Shown here: positions 24,467-37,471 of the stretch, piece after piece
Numbering within the stretch: the stretch's first letter is position 1
How the letters are laid out: each line of letters begins with the position of its first letter
Source of the DNA: Balamuthia mandrillaris
Taxonomy: Eukaryota
Assembly: GCA_031835245.2 (NCBI GenBank)
Contig: JAVKOQ020000022.1
Coordinates: 124,001 to 188,000 of the forward strand
DNA length: 64,000 nucleotides
Reading direction: 5' to 3'
Position numbers and translations under genes: made by a program
Notes under the pieces: generated by a model
What the model was told of the DNA's origin: nothing
The model's input: the letters and a program-made list of their open reading frames with translations, nothing else
The model's database searches: none

Positions 24467-25116
24467 GGGAGAGAGAGGGAGAGAGAGGGAGAGGAGAGAG
24501 CAATGTCAAGACGATTGGAGAAGGAGAGGAAGGAGAAGAAAAAGCAAAGGAGTAAGAACAACAACAAACCTTCAAAGACAGACCCATTGTTTCGCAACAA
24601 TGCTCCAAAAGAATTCCCCACCAGATCTATACCGATGATGGCCAAGTCGAGAAGGGTCACCATCGAAATCCACAAAGCGAACAGCACAGTGGCGAAATCT
24701 TGAATCCAGAGAAGTCGTTCAGCACCCACACCAAGTCATCCTTCCCATCCCCATCAGGGTCTCCTGCACGCACCTCCCCGTTGTAAGAGGAGCCTTGCCA
24801 CCAAAGGTGGGAGAGACATCCACCTCGGTGAATGTGGTGGGTTGGCCTCCATTGTTGAGCAACACCGTCTTTGCTTGATCTTCAACAGCAAAGAAGAGGT
24901 CCACTCGGTTGTCTCCATCAAAGTCCCCCCATTCCATCATGCAGCCCTGGTAAACAAAAAAGATGAGGCTCGGTGGACCGAAATAAATAGTCGGGATACG
25001 GTCTCACCTGGTAATTACACAACCCCCAGGTGGTAAGACAACGTGAATTCTCCGCGAGAGCCAAAGCCAGGGGTGCCGAAGCGTTTGCTATTCTTCTGCT
25101 TCCTGCTCCATACACG
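24006..25116 (-). pseudogene. Inverted, internally deleted copy of the FG-GAP locus at 31.46-33.27 kb
   Basis: Near-identical segments (MMEWGDFDGDNRVDLFF, poly-Ser, LWWQVTVPVVVV) with two large deletions, frameshifts, and the intron retained. Confidence 0.85.
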
Positions 25117-25165
25117 AAGAAACTAAAGCTATTCTTCTGCTGCCTGTTCCATACACGAAGAAACT
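25087..25165 (+). repeat. Two-copy 41-bp-period tandem repeat at the pseudogene boundary
   Basis: GCTATTCTTCTGCT.CCTG.TCCATACACGAAGAAACT at 25087 and 25128. Confidence 0.85.
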
Positions 25166-25184
25166 TTTGCCTTTATTTGCATCA

Positions 25185-25906
25185 TTATATTTCTTCCGCA
25201 GACTTTATCCACTGGGCGATGGCGGGCAGCTCCTTCATGGTGTTGAACAAAGCGGTCAGTTTAGGGTAAGAGCCTTCGGGCAGAGAAGGTCCGATCATCA
25301 ACTGGTCATCCCACATGAGCGTGAACACAGCCACGTCAGCAAAAGTGGGCGCCATGCCGCCTTCCTCTGCGAGCTTGCCATCGGCAAAGAAAGGGGTGGA
25401 GCTGCGAGAAAGAAAGGTCTCCATGACGGTGTAAAAGTGTTGCCTTGTCTTCTCGGTGTACTCCGTTTTGGCTTCCTCGCTGCCAAGAGCGCCTTTCACG
25501 AACTCGTTCCTCCAAGAAGTATACAGATCAGCTATCCTATCTGTCTCATAGTCATATTCTTCTTGTCCTATTTTTTTGTGGGTGTGTTAACAACCAAACC
25601 TCACCATCGCTTGAACAAAAAGAGAAGGGCATACCCTCACAACCGTACTTCCCGAGTTTACGGCTAAAGTAACGCATTATAGAGAGGTGTTCTGTCAAGG
25701 GTTTGCCATGAAACACAACAACAGGAAGCAAGCCAGTGGGGCTCTCCCCACTGTCGACCAGCTGTTGCTTCACTTGAGGCCAACTGTGGTCCCATGCGTA
25801 GAGCTCCTCTTTGAACTCTATACCATTGCAAAGCATGAAAAATCTGAAAGGATTTTTTTCAAGTTTGTCAGCAGAAATCAGTACGAGAGAGAGGAGAGAC
25901 AGAGAG

Positions 25907-25966
<60 letters not shown>

Positions 25967-26069
25967 GGAAGGGGGCGAACTTGATAACGCCTCCACGGCC
26001 GGCCAGTTTCCCAAGCTTAAGGTACTTGTACGTGGGCACTCCGCCCAGCTTCTCATTTGCTTTCGACAT
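25185..26069 (-). CDS. Glutathione S-transferase (sigma-like), 3 exons
   Basis: YLKLGKLAGRGGVIK, SPTGLLPVV...LTEHLSIMRYFSRKLG, PTFADVAVF...YPKL.ALF...LPAIAQWI. Confidence 0.85.
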
Positions 26070-26218
26070 TGTCCTGTCTGTTTTTCTTTTTTTTCTTGCG
26101 TTGCTCACACCCCAAAGCCATATAATGGTCAAATGAATTAAAGGACAGCGCATTGCTGCGATTGGTGGAACTGAGAGAACGGAATGCCGAAAAACATCAC
26201 TGTATTCAATAATATTGG

Positions 26219-26232
26219 ATTTTCGCGAAAAT
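26219..26232. promoter_or_regulatory. Palindromic E2F-like site in the GST/ligase divergent promoter
   Basis: Perfect 14-bp palindrome ATTTTCGCGAAAAT. Confidence 0.45.
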
Positions 26233-26456
26233 TATTTTAGAGAAGCGATACTATGGGATATATCGGATATATCGGCATAATTTTTTTTGTTCAGTCAATA
26301 GAAATACTGTGCATACTTTACATTTTATGAATGTGAAAAAGGAAAGTAACAGATAAGACACCTTTTATTGGGGTGTAACGACGTCGCTGAGAGGAAGGAA
26401 AGGAAAAAAACTGAGAAGAGGCTGCTGCCCTGGGGAGAAAGGAATAAAGCCAGGCC

Positions 26457-27937
26457 ATGGCGAAGCAAGCACAACGGGTCATGTTGGCCCAAGCCTGGGG
26501 CGAGGAAGTGGATCCTAGCGGCTGGTGGATGTCCGAAAAATTGGGTATATATATCTTTTGAGCATTATAGCTCTTGTTTTTTTTCGAACAAAAGCTTTTC
26601 TTATGTTTACCGGTTTGTTCTGTTTTTATCAACAACAAAAATAAAAGATGGAGTTCGTGCGTATTGGTCCGGCAGCAACTTTTATTCTCGACAAGGGAAC
26701 CTCTTTTATGCGCCGGAATGGTTCGGCGCTGGTCTTCCCGACTGCCCTCTAGACGGCGAACTCTGGTATGGTGCCTCTTTTTCTTTATTTGTCTTCTTCT
26801 CGCTTCAAACAAACAAAAAAAGCACTAAAACTGAAAACAAGGTGCGGTCGAGGCCTCTTCCAAAAATGTGTCAGCATCGTCAAGAAAAAGAAGAACGTGA
26901 TCGAGGAGGACTGGAATTACGTGACCTACCTCGTCTTCGACGCCCCCTCCCTCGACCTTCCCTACGAGAAACGCATCCAGTTCCTCCAAAAAGCCATCCC
27001 TTCCTCCTCCTCTCATGCCGCCGTTGTCGGCGTTCAGAAATGCAAGGACGTGGCCCACCTCCAGGAAACCCTGAGAAAGGTGGAGAACTTGGGAGGAGAA
27101 GGGCTCATGCTGCGTCGTCCCGGCTCGCTCTACGAGTGGGGTCCCTCCCGTTCCTCCACCCTCCTCAAGGTGAAGAGCTTCCACGACGAGGAGGCCCTCG
27201 TCATCGGGCACAAGCGCGGCACGGGCCGATGCCTGAACATGATGGGCCATCTGGAGTGTCGCCTGCCCAACGGCCTGGAGTTCTCCATCGGCACCGGCTT
27301 CAGCGATGCACAGCGCAAGAAGCCGCCCAAGATAGGCAGCGTCATCACGTTCAAGTACCAGGAGCTCAGCAACTCGGGCAACCCGAGGTTCCCGGTCTAT
27401 CTGAGGGAGAGAACGGACATGACTTGGGAGGATGTGTTGGAGGCGGCCAAGACGAAGACACCGTTCTCGCAGATACCGAAGAAGCAGCGCGCGTTGAAGA
27501 GGCAGCACTCCATCATGTTCTCCACGCTTCCGACTTCGGCTTCCGCTTCTTTGGATGTTGATGAGGGAATGGTAGAGGAAGGAAGTGCCTCTTCGTCTTC
27601 TTCTTCGTCAACTTCGAAAACGGTGACCAAGTCTACCACGAAAGTAACGGCAACAGCAACAACAGCAACAACAGCACCAAAGAAAAAGAAGTGTATGTAC
27701 GGAGCTGCATGCTACAGGAAAGACCCGCTTCACCTGAGCACTTATTCCCATGAAACATCCGCCGCTTCCACCTCCACGACGAACGTTACTGCTGCTTCTT
27801 CCTCTGCTTCGGAAGAGAGAGATGATGCTGTGAAGGTTCCTTGTAAGTGGGGAGCTGAATGCTATCTCACCAAGCCTGATCATCTTCGGTTTGTTTCTCT
27901 TCTTACGGTTGGTCTTCTGCTTATTCTTATTGTTCTT

Positions 27938-27989
<52 letters not shown>

Positions 27990-28546
27990 CCTCCTATCTT
28001 TGCAGTAAGTATTCGCATCCTCCCAAGGATCAAAAAGAGAAGAAAGCTGAAGAAGAGGAGGAAGAGGAAGCGGAAGCTGGAAAAGAAGGACTCAACGAAG
28101 ACTCAACTTTGCCAATGGAAGACTTTTACTATGAATCCGATGATGAAATAAAGGTGGAAGTGGAAGAAGAGTTGATCCTCGTGAACGAACACGAAGGCGG
28201 TGAACAAAAAACAGGGGAAGAAGAAGAAGAAGAAAGTGGTGGAAGTCTTCACATCGCATCTCCCGAAGATGAAGAGACCGTCACCGTTACCAAGAGAGAG
28301 TGGACCGTCCTGCAAGCTGCCCTCAAGAACGCGATGCAAAGAATAGAGGCTCTCGAAACTTGGATGTACAGTGACAAAGCTTTTTGGAAAGCCGCTCCTC
28401 TGGAAACAGATGAAGAAGCAGAAGGAAACGAACAAAAAGAAAAGCAGAAACAAAAAGAAAAGATGACCGTAGAAGACGAGGATGAAGAAGACAAGACCGA
28501 AGACAGAAAACGTTTCGCAAAGAGAAAAAGGTACGAACAAAATTGA
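26457..28546 (+). CDS. Minimal ATP-dependent DNA ligase (adenylation + OB domains) with two PBZ zinc fingers and an acidic tail
   Basis: Motif I SEKL|DGVRAYW split by an intron, LDGELW, YLVFD, GEGLMLR, LLKVK, PRFPVY; PBZ KKCMYGAACYRKDPLHLSTYSH and PCKWGAECYLTKPDHL|RKYSH. Confidence 0.92.
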
Positions 28547-28629
28547 AACACTTTTACACATGACAAAAAACAAGCAAACAATAAACAATAAACCAACATA
28601 AACGAAAACCTGTCGTTTTTCTTGAACGC

Positions 28630-30875
28630 TTAGCGGTCTTCATCGCTGCTAAAGTGGTCCGTATCTTCATCGCTGCTCGTTGCACGGTCAGTCGTTTGTC
28701 CTCTCTCCGTGTCATCAGCAGCAGTCGTTGCGTTTGTCACCTCTGTCGTTTCTGTCACATCTTCTTCGCTGCTGCTCTCTTCTCCTCTTCTAGTTGTTGC
28801 TGTTGCTGTTGCTGTTGCTGTTGTTTCCTCATCATCATCGTCTCTGTCAAGAGGTATTTCTTGCATTGCGATTTCGTTCTCACCACTGCCATCAACGGGA
28901 CGTGCCGCACCTTCTGGTTCATTGGGGAAGGACGCTCTATAATGGCTGACCGCTGCGGCTTGGGCTTGTGGAGAGGAGGCGGCAATAGGTCTCTTTCTCC
29001 TTTGTGGTCCCAACATTGCGCTTTGTATTGTGGTGTGAGCGAGAGAAGAAAGCAAAATAGAGAAGAAGCAAAGAGGCAAAGCAGCAGAGAAAAAAAAGAA
29101 TGTTACCAAATGCCAATAATGATGGCCATGTCAGCGAGTTCAAGGAAGAGCACAAAGACGTAGGTGTAAAAGGTGAAGAAGAGGACATGCGCAGCAACCA
29201 AGATCAACAGAGCCATAATATAAGCCAATACCAGCGTCGACACTTTGCTATTTTATATAAAAATATAAGTTAACGAAGAAATAAGAAGGGACAAAAAAGA
29301 AGCGTAGATGGCATACATAAAGAAGACGGTTTTTTGCCGTAACTCTGTTTCGGTAGCGCCGCGAAGATGCTTTGCTCTGTAAAGAGCAATGCTGCGTTGT
29401 GTACACCATATCGCAAATGCAAAGATAGCCAAATAGGGTAACATTATGGGCAGCTACAAACGGTATCAGAAGAGCGGAAAGAAAAGGAGGATGAAAGGAG
29501 ACGGGACTTACAATGTAATAATCACCAAAGATCCAAATCCAAAGTGCGGCAAAGTACAAACAGAATAAAAGAACGAGAGAGATGATGATCTCTTGCCACC
29601 ACATGGTCTTCCGCAACCATCCCCATCCCATCGTCACCAACAGCAGCACAGCAAAGAAGTAGGCATAGTAGAGAGCGTTTACAATGCTGAGCAGCAAAGT
29701 ATAGCCAAAGGAGTTGTCTCCGTTGTTGGATTCGACCTCCCAATAGGCGGCGTTGAAGATGAATAGTGCCACTTTGACGACGAGCGTAACCATTATAACC
29801 ACGTGCAAGCGGGTTATGTGCTGTTGTATACAATAAAGAGACAATATGTCAATTGTTTGTGCGCTTAGATGTGATAAATAAAATGAGGGAGAGAGAGAGA
29901 GTCCGAACGACAAAGAACGAATGAAAGAACAATCCCACTAACCTGTCTATGACGATGCATAATGACCCACCAAACCAAAATGCCAACAATCCAAAAGCCA
30001 ATGCCGATGGAGTAGCCCAAGGGCAACGGGATATGTGGCCATCCTAAGTGCTCATCATCCGGGTTCAGAAAGGTGTATTCCACATCCAACTCCACCGGAA
30101 CGTTATAGCAGTTGACAATGTCGAAATGGTACATGTCGTACTCCTTGATGGTGTAGGAGAGGTCCAGCACGCCTCTGAAGTTGTAGATGAGCTCGCACTC
30201 GGTCTCTCCTTTGTAGATGCGGTCGCAGAGTTCTTTGCCCTCCTCATTTTCGTAGGAGTCGAAGGCGTCCCACCAGTCCTCGTTGTTGCACACCAGCAAT
30301 ACCAGTGGCAACTCCTTTGTTGTTATTCCGTTTTTTTGAAAACAAAAAGTGTCCGTGAGAAAGAGGAGGGCCGAGAGAGAAGAGGAGAGGAGAGAGGAGA
30401 GAAGAGAGCGAAGAGAGGAAAGAGAAGAGAGGAGAGAGGAGAGAGGAGAGAGGAGAGAGAAGAGAGAAGAGAGAAGAGAGAAGAGAGAAGAGAGAAGAGA
30501 GAAGAGAGAAGAGAGAGGAGAGAGGAGAGAGAAGAAGAAGAGAAGAGAGAGGAGAGAGGAGAGAGAAGAGAGAGAAGAGAAGAGAGAAGAGAGAAGAGAG
30601 AAGAGAGAAGAGAGAAGAGAGAAGAGAGAAGAGAGAAGAGAGAAGAGAGAAGAGAGAAGAGAGAAGAGAGAAGAGAGGCAGATACGAACTCTTTTAGAAG
30701 GGGTGACTTTCACTACAAAGTGGCCGTCCTCCTCGAAGCCAAAGCGGTCCAGCTGCCACAGGATCCTGCTGCCCTCAAACTCCTCCTCTCCTACCAAGGC
30801 GTCCGCCCCACCGCAAAGCACCAACGCCAGCGTCAGCAGAAGCATCGAGCCCGCCAAGGAAAACCGCCAATACAT
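28630..30875 (-). CDS. GOST/GPR107-108-like seven-transmembrane protein
   Basis: Signal peptide, RFGFEEDG luminal domain, YTFLNPDDEHL...PLP, 7 hydrophobic segments (LLLVTMGWGWLR), acidic tail. Confidence 0.78.
30372..30677 (-). repeat. Intronic (CTCTTCT)n microsatellite
   Basis: ~300 bp heptamer repeat, GAGAAGA on the + strand. Confidence 0.93.
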
Positions 30876-31648
30876 ATTATATTATTTTTGTGTTTCCTAT
30901 ATAGAAAAAAAAACAGATCTTTCGTGGTGGATTAACTTACAAAGAAGAGAACGTCAAGAAGGGCAGGAGGAGGAGGAGGAGGGAAGGCGCTAAAAGAACC
31001 TTGGCTGTTGTCTAAAGTACAAGAAAAAAAATATAAGGGGGTGTGCCGAAGAGAAGAACGCGTTGACGCCTTGGTGGTTGTGGTTGTCTTTTCTGTTCGG
31101 TTCTTTATTTATTTATTTATTTGGTTTTCATTTAATCGGATAATTGCGAATAATTAGTTCTCCCTATTAATGATTGTCTCACGATAATTTTCTTTTACTG
31201 CGATTATCGTTAACATTTAATATAGAGCAACAATTATCTAAACAAAACTTTTTCCTCAGCATACTATCGTGACGTCATGAAAAGGCCTGCAACCGAATTT
31301 TTTGGCAGTTTCCAAGAGGGGTTTGTGGCTCTCTCCTCCGTGTCGACGGAAGGGAACGTAGTGAAAGGGATGATGGACCATCCGACAGTGAAGAAGAACA
31401 GGAACACGGAAAGCGGTGGTGGTTATGTTGGGCGATTGGACCCGCTGGTGCTCGAAGCGCGTGTATGGAGCAGGCAGCAGAAGAAAAGTAACCGCGTCGA
31501 CACGTCCGACTATCTTCCTAGAACCCACGTTGTCTTACCACCTGGGGTTGCGTAGCTTGTGTACTTATGAGACCGTATCTCGACTATTTGCACCAACACA
31601 CAAAAACACACACGCACAGGCGGAGACAAAGGAAGCAAGCGTTCACTC

Positions 31649-32748
31649 ATGTTGCCACGGCGGAGACTCCTGTTGTGTTTGGCCTGGTGGGTGGTTCTGC
31701 TGCTCCCCGCTGTTTCTTCCCGAGGCTTCCTTCCTGTCGACCTCTCCCACGCCTTCCCCGCCGGAGTTCCTTCCAGCGCGTATAATCCAGCGTTCTCCTG
31801 GGTGGACGTGGACCAAGACAACCGCCCCGATTTGTTCCTCTCCTCGGGTGTGAGGGTGTGGCTGTGCTGTACCACAACCAAGGGAACTGGAGTTTCTCCG
31901 ACATGACCACCGCCGCTTTTCCTGGCGACACCCTCCCTGCCTTCTACAATGGCCACAGCAAGTGGGCTGACTTCAACCAGGACGGCTTCCCCGACCTCCT
32001 CGCCTTTGGCCTTGCTGATTTTCCCCCATATCCCATCCGATTGTTGAGGAACAACCAAGGGAGGAACTTCACAGACGTGACCAGCCAAATCCTTCCCGCT
32101 TTGGCAGACTGCGCTTCACAGGTCTGCATGATGGAATGGGGGGACTTTGATGGAGACAACCGAGTGGACCTCTTCTTTGCTGTTGAAGATCAAGCAAAGA
32201 CGGTGTTCCTCAACAATGGAGGCCAACCCACCACTTTCACCGAGGTGGATGTCTCTCCCACCTTTGGTGGTGGGTATGCCTCCTCTTACAACGGGGAGGT
32301 GCGTGCAGGAGACTTTGATGGGGATGGGAAGGATGACTTGGTGTGGGTGCTGAACGACTTCTCTGGATTGTATCGCAGCAACGGGGATGGCACCTTCACC
32401 GACAAAACGGGAGACGTCCTGGTGGAGGGAGGCACCCCCTTGCCCCCACTTTCACAAAGCAGTGCGGATTGGGGAGATGTCAATGGGGACCAACGCTTGG
32501 ACTTGGTGGTCTGTGGCTTGGCATCAAGTGCCTTCTCAGCAGTGTTTGTGCAGATGGAGGAGGAAGGGCAGTTCAGGGATGGCACAGCGGAGCTGTTTCC
32601 AGGAGGATTGTTGCCACAAGTCCGCGAGTGTTCTGTTCGCTTTGTGGATTTCGATGGGGACGCCCTTCTTGACTTGGCCATCACCGGTTTATTGATGGGG
32701 AATTCTTTTGGAGCATTGTTGCGAAACAATGGGTCTGTCTTTGAAGGT

Positions 32749-32789
<41 letters not shown>

Positions 32790-33319
32790 GATCTCACTCC
32801 TTTGCCCTTTTCTTCTTTCCTCTCCTCCAATTGTCTTGACTTGCTCTCTCCTCTCTCTCTGTCTGTCTTTCTCACTGATGGATGAGAGCAGATGTGACGG
32901 ATGTGGAGTTTGGCAGCTCCTCTCCACTTTCTACAAATGCCCGCATGGAGTGGGTGGATGTGGATGGCAACGGATCGCCTGACTTTTCCTCCTTCAGTAC
33001 GACAGGCCCCCTGCTGCAGAGGAACACCAGAGCCTTCTCAGAGGATGAGAGCTCCTCCTCCTCCTCTTCCTCTTCTCCACCAAGCAACTCCTCCTCCTCT
33101 TCTTCCTCCTCCTCCTCTTCCTCTGAGAGCAATGGGTCAGATGACAGAAGCAGTGTGGACCAAAGCGATGATGATGATGACGATAACAATGATGATTTGT
33201 GGTGGCAAGTGACGGTGCCCGTGGTGGTGGTGGTCTTGGTTGGCTGCATTGTGGTGGCGGCCTTGGTTGGTGTCAACATGGTGAGGAAGAAGAAGAGAAA
33301 GAGCAAACAATTGTTGTGA
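31649..33319 (+). CDS. FG-GAP/VCBS-repeat type I membrane protein with an apparent frameshift near 31840-31850
   Basis: Signal peptide; about 7 DxDxDG repeats (DVDQDNRPDL, DFNQDGFPDL, DFDGDNRVDL, DFDGDGKDDL, DVNGDQRLDL); Ser stalk, TM helix, RKKKRK; leader and body lie in different frames. Confidence 0.75.
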
Positions 33320-33474
33320 CCATCATACCACACAACATTCACATCCAAAAACTTGTTGCAACGGAAATTTTTAAACAAATAAACTAGGATCGGCAGCAGA
33401 AGAATGAGAGAAGAGAGAATCTGTTCTTTGTTTAAAAGTAGCTGCTTTGATTTCCTCTCAAAAGAGGAATAGCA

Positions 33475-34556
33475 TCAAAGGTGGAGGCTCGTGAAGAAGC
33501 CACCGGCTCGAAGCTGTCCGTCACGGTATACCTTCTATTTTTCCGTTTGTATCCCTGGGATTCATGTTCGATGTTAGAACATTTCATACAGTCTCTTCTT
33601 TCTTTATTTTCTTGTTCTTGTTCTTGTTTTTCTTCTTGTATTCTTCTTCGTCTTCTTCTTCGGTTTCTGCCACTCCTGCGTCTCTTCTATTCTTAGTTGT
33701 TCTTACCTTGATAACATCACCAGTAAACAAGAAGACAACAGTAGCCATAAATCCTTGCAACGCAAAGAAGATCGCCTCGAAGAGCTCCACTTCAAAGTAA
33801 AAGCCAGAGGCGCCCTCCACGATCGCCGACACTGTGCGTGGCACGTAGAGCATGCTAAAGGCCAACGGGTAAAGGAAGAGCGCTCTAGTAACCTTTTGCG
33901 TTGGATCAGTGCCCTTGAGAAGGGCCTTTCGGAAGCTGGTGAGGTCCCTCTCGCGGCGTATCCGGAGGTAGACAATGATGTAGAGGATGAAGACGGCCAT
34001 GATAGCGATCCATATCCAGGTAAAGGACATGACCACGCGCGCATATGATGGCTTGACTTCGATCCAACACCATCCCTCTGTGGTGTTTTTTTACGAGAAG
34101 CAAGAAGCATGAGAAGAAACCAAATGAAGGAAAGGAGAGAACATGAAAGTAAAAAACGAACGAGCAAAACTGAAATAGAGAAAAAAGGAAGATGGCAGAA
34201 AGATGGGACAGAAACAATGTTGCAGCAAAGAACGAACGAAAGTAGAGTGAGAGAGAAGCTACCTCCTCTGCCATAACGAATGGAAGGAATCAGCTCAAAG
34301 ATAGGGAAGAGCGCTTGGATGGAGCCCCAAAGCAAAGGTATCGCATGAAACAGGATTTCTGCGGATAAAGTGGGGGTGTACCGCGTCACAACGCTCAGAT
34401 ACACGTTCACAGCAATCATCAAAATGTACACCGCTGCTCCTTGCTCCGATGCTTGAATGCTATAAGCTGAGGTATCGTTTGAGCAAGCAAGAAAATGAGA
34501 ACAACAATAGAACTAACTAACCGATACAAAGGAGAAAGGAGCAGGGCAGAGAAGCT

Positions 34557-34601
<45 letters not shown>

Positions 34602-35048
34602 AAGCAAAAAGAGAATGAACCTTGAATATTGCAAATAGCTTCATAAATTGGAGAACGAGCAAGAACCATTGCAGAACTTATCAACTACAAAAGAGAAAGA
34701 AGAGAGCGCAGATGTTTTCTCCACTGTTATATTTTGAGGGCAGAGAGAAAAGAGAAAGATTTGACGTACCACAGTGATCGAATAAATGAATAAACAGACG
34801 CTAAGGCCCATCACCAACCTTTGAAATAGTTGTGTTTCACAGGTATGGTTAGCGGTAGCTCTGAGAAACAGAAAAAGAAAGGAGAGAACAGAGAAAACAC
34901 TATAACGAACATACCGCCAATATAGAAACTTATTCTTGCCGAGAACGAAGCATGTGATGATGATGAAACAAGTGCCGAGGCAGGAGAAGATCGAACCGGT
35001 CAAAATGGTGGCCATAAGGGCCGTCACTTCCGGCGAGGCAAAACCCAT
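33475..35048 (-). CDS. cAMP-receptor-like (cAR/Crl family) GPCR
   Basis: GSIFSCLGTCFIIITC, WCWI, LFLYPLAF...VPRTV, ALQGFMATVVF; multi-exon; last exon inferred. Confidence 0.78.
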
Positions 35049-35405
35049 TTGCTTCTTCGTATCTTTTGTCCCTTTTTTTTTGTTTTCTAATTTTTTTTAA
35101 TTGATGTAATGAAATTTCCTTTTAGGGTTTATTGGAATTTAAATTCTTTACATTTTTCAGTGTTGTGCACCATTTGTGAACAAATACTGATGCATTGGTG
35201 CTCTCTTATCCTGGACATTTTTGATCCTTTAACGAATCGCACCCTATGTGCTTCGCCAGTGAAGCGCAACGCTTAGGCTGCCTGCTGTTGAACCTCGAAA
35301 GGTTCCCAAAACCCAAAAAAAAAAAAACCGCTGTGGTCTCCCCTGCATTGGTTTTCACGAAAGAAGAGAGAGAGGATAGCGGCAGCGTTACTTTCTGTGT
35401 CGGAA

Positions 35406-36418
35406 ATGCGAAAAGCCTGTTGTTCTTGTTACTCTTCTCCTCTGCCTTTTTCTTCTTCTGCTTTCTCTTTGCTTCGCTTTCATCCTTCCTCTCTCCTCTC
35501 TCGTCAAACCTCCTCTCTCCTCTCTTCTTCCATTTCTTCTCTCCGCTTCCAACGACCCCAGCCACTTCGTTTCTTCTCTGCTTCCTCTTCTTTGCGTCGT
35601 TCTTCTTCCTCCTCCTCCTCCTCTTCCTCTTTGCTGGAATGCGAGGAGACAGCTGTCCCAAGACCGACCTCCTCCATCACGAAGGAGGCCGACCAGGCCT
35701 TCCGGAAGCAATCGTGGTCGTGGTTCGACTGGAAGAGCGCCCTCTTTGGCCTGTCCGTCGGCTCGCTCTTGCTCTCCGCCACTTATGTCTATCATCATGC
35801 ACACGACCAAGGTTAGTTTCTTTCTTTATTCTTTATTCACCTTTTTATTTGTTATTTTTTTATTTTTATTCTAAACTTTTTTTCTTTTTTTTTAAAAAAA
35901 CCATAAAAAAAACAACAAAACAAAACCAACTATATAACAAAAAAAACAACAAAAAACAAAAAAAAAAAGAGGTCATAAAGTTAAAACAATTGTTGCGAAG
36001 ACAAATTGAAGAAAGTGCAGAAGAAGTGGAAGAAGAAGAAGAAGCAGACGAAGGACAGACCGATGCAATGAAAAACGATGATGATAGGGCGGCTGCACCA
36101 GAACAGAAGAAACAGCCAAGGGTGGTGCTCACCCCAGAAGCGGCCAAGCTGTTGAGAGAGAAACTGCCCAAGTCTTTGGGCGACCTCACTGTACGTTTTT
36201 TTCGGGTCTAATATAGGCGAACCTTTATTAATGGTTTTTTTTTAAAACAGGGCTTTCCCTATCCTGTTTACAATGCTATTGCTTGGACGCTTGCCGGTAC
36301 ATTCCTCTTTCTCCTATATTCTGTCTTTGTATCTATCCGTTCTTATCTTCCTCCTTGTTCTTCATTCTTTATCTTCGTCATTTTCCTTCATGCTTAATGC
36401 TTCATTCATCCTTCTCCT

Positions 36419-36462
<44 letters not shown>

Positions 36463-37471
36463 CTTGCTCACCTTCCAAAACAATAACACCTTCATTCTCC
36501 GTCTTTCCAACGAATCAAAATAGCAACCCTGACAACCTTGTTTGCATGGTCAAGAGGCAAATGGAAATGGTACAGGCGACATTTTATGGGCCGAGTCAAC
36601 TTCAGCTTGAACCTGTACCACGACAACACTCTCAAGTTTAGAACGCTCTTCGAACGCAGTCTTTACGACATGATGTTTCGTAATCATGCTGCCGTCAAGT
36701 ACATCTTTCTTCTGCTTTCTTCTATCTTTCTTCTTTCTTCTTTTCTTTCTTCTCTTTCTTCTTTCATTTTTACTGCCTGCCTCTAGTTTTATTCTTTCTT
36801 ATGCTCTATTTTATTATTGTGCCAACCACAATCAGAGTTGTGGCAAATGCAGCAGCCAAAACAGAAGTAGGCAAGCCGTTTTTGATGATAGCGCCAGAAG
36901 AGAACTGGTACGTCCTCAACAACATCTTGAACGAAATATCGAGCAGCTGCATGATGGGCTTCTTGCAAGAAGACTGGTTCGTTTCTCCTCTTCTTTTCTT
37001 TCTTCCAACATTATTTTAACTATGAAAAAAAAAACAAAGCGGCATTCCAGTGAAGTTAGAGTGGTACGTGTTTGGCTTGACCTGCGAAAAGGATGAAGGC
37101 GTATGGAACCGCAAAATCAGAGTCATGCTAATATCTCAACGTCTTCTTGAACGTATTCCTGATCTTCCTCCTCCTTCTCTCGAGGTAACGCTTCTTCTCC
37201 TTCTCCTTCTCCTTCTAGTTCCTTCTTCTTTGCATTCATTCGTTAAACTGACCAACAAACAAAGAGTGCTCATCACCGCGTTCGATGGAGGACATTACAA
37301 AAGATGTCTGATTTATGGAGAGCCCAAAACCAAGACGAGGCGATACGCTCCCCATCGACACCTATTCTGCTGAGTCGGGTGCAGTTGGCCATCCCCATCG
37401 GCTTGCCTGGACCGAATGCATGGGCTGAGGAGTTGAAAGAAGAAGAAGGCCGAGAAACGGATCAACTCTAA
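35406..37471 (+). CDS. Uncharacterised protein, probably mitochondrial and membrane-anchored
   Basis: Ser/Arg-rich leader, TM SALFGLSVGSLLLSATY, globular domain WYRRHFMGRVNFSLN...WYVLNNILNEIS...RKIRVML...HRVRWRTL; consistent splice sites. Confidence 0.7.

Noticed and set aside
31277..31555. 92-aa ORF upstream of the FG-GAP gene
   Set aside because: No recognisable motif, and the frame is not preserved in the duplicate; likely a fragment or non-coding
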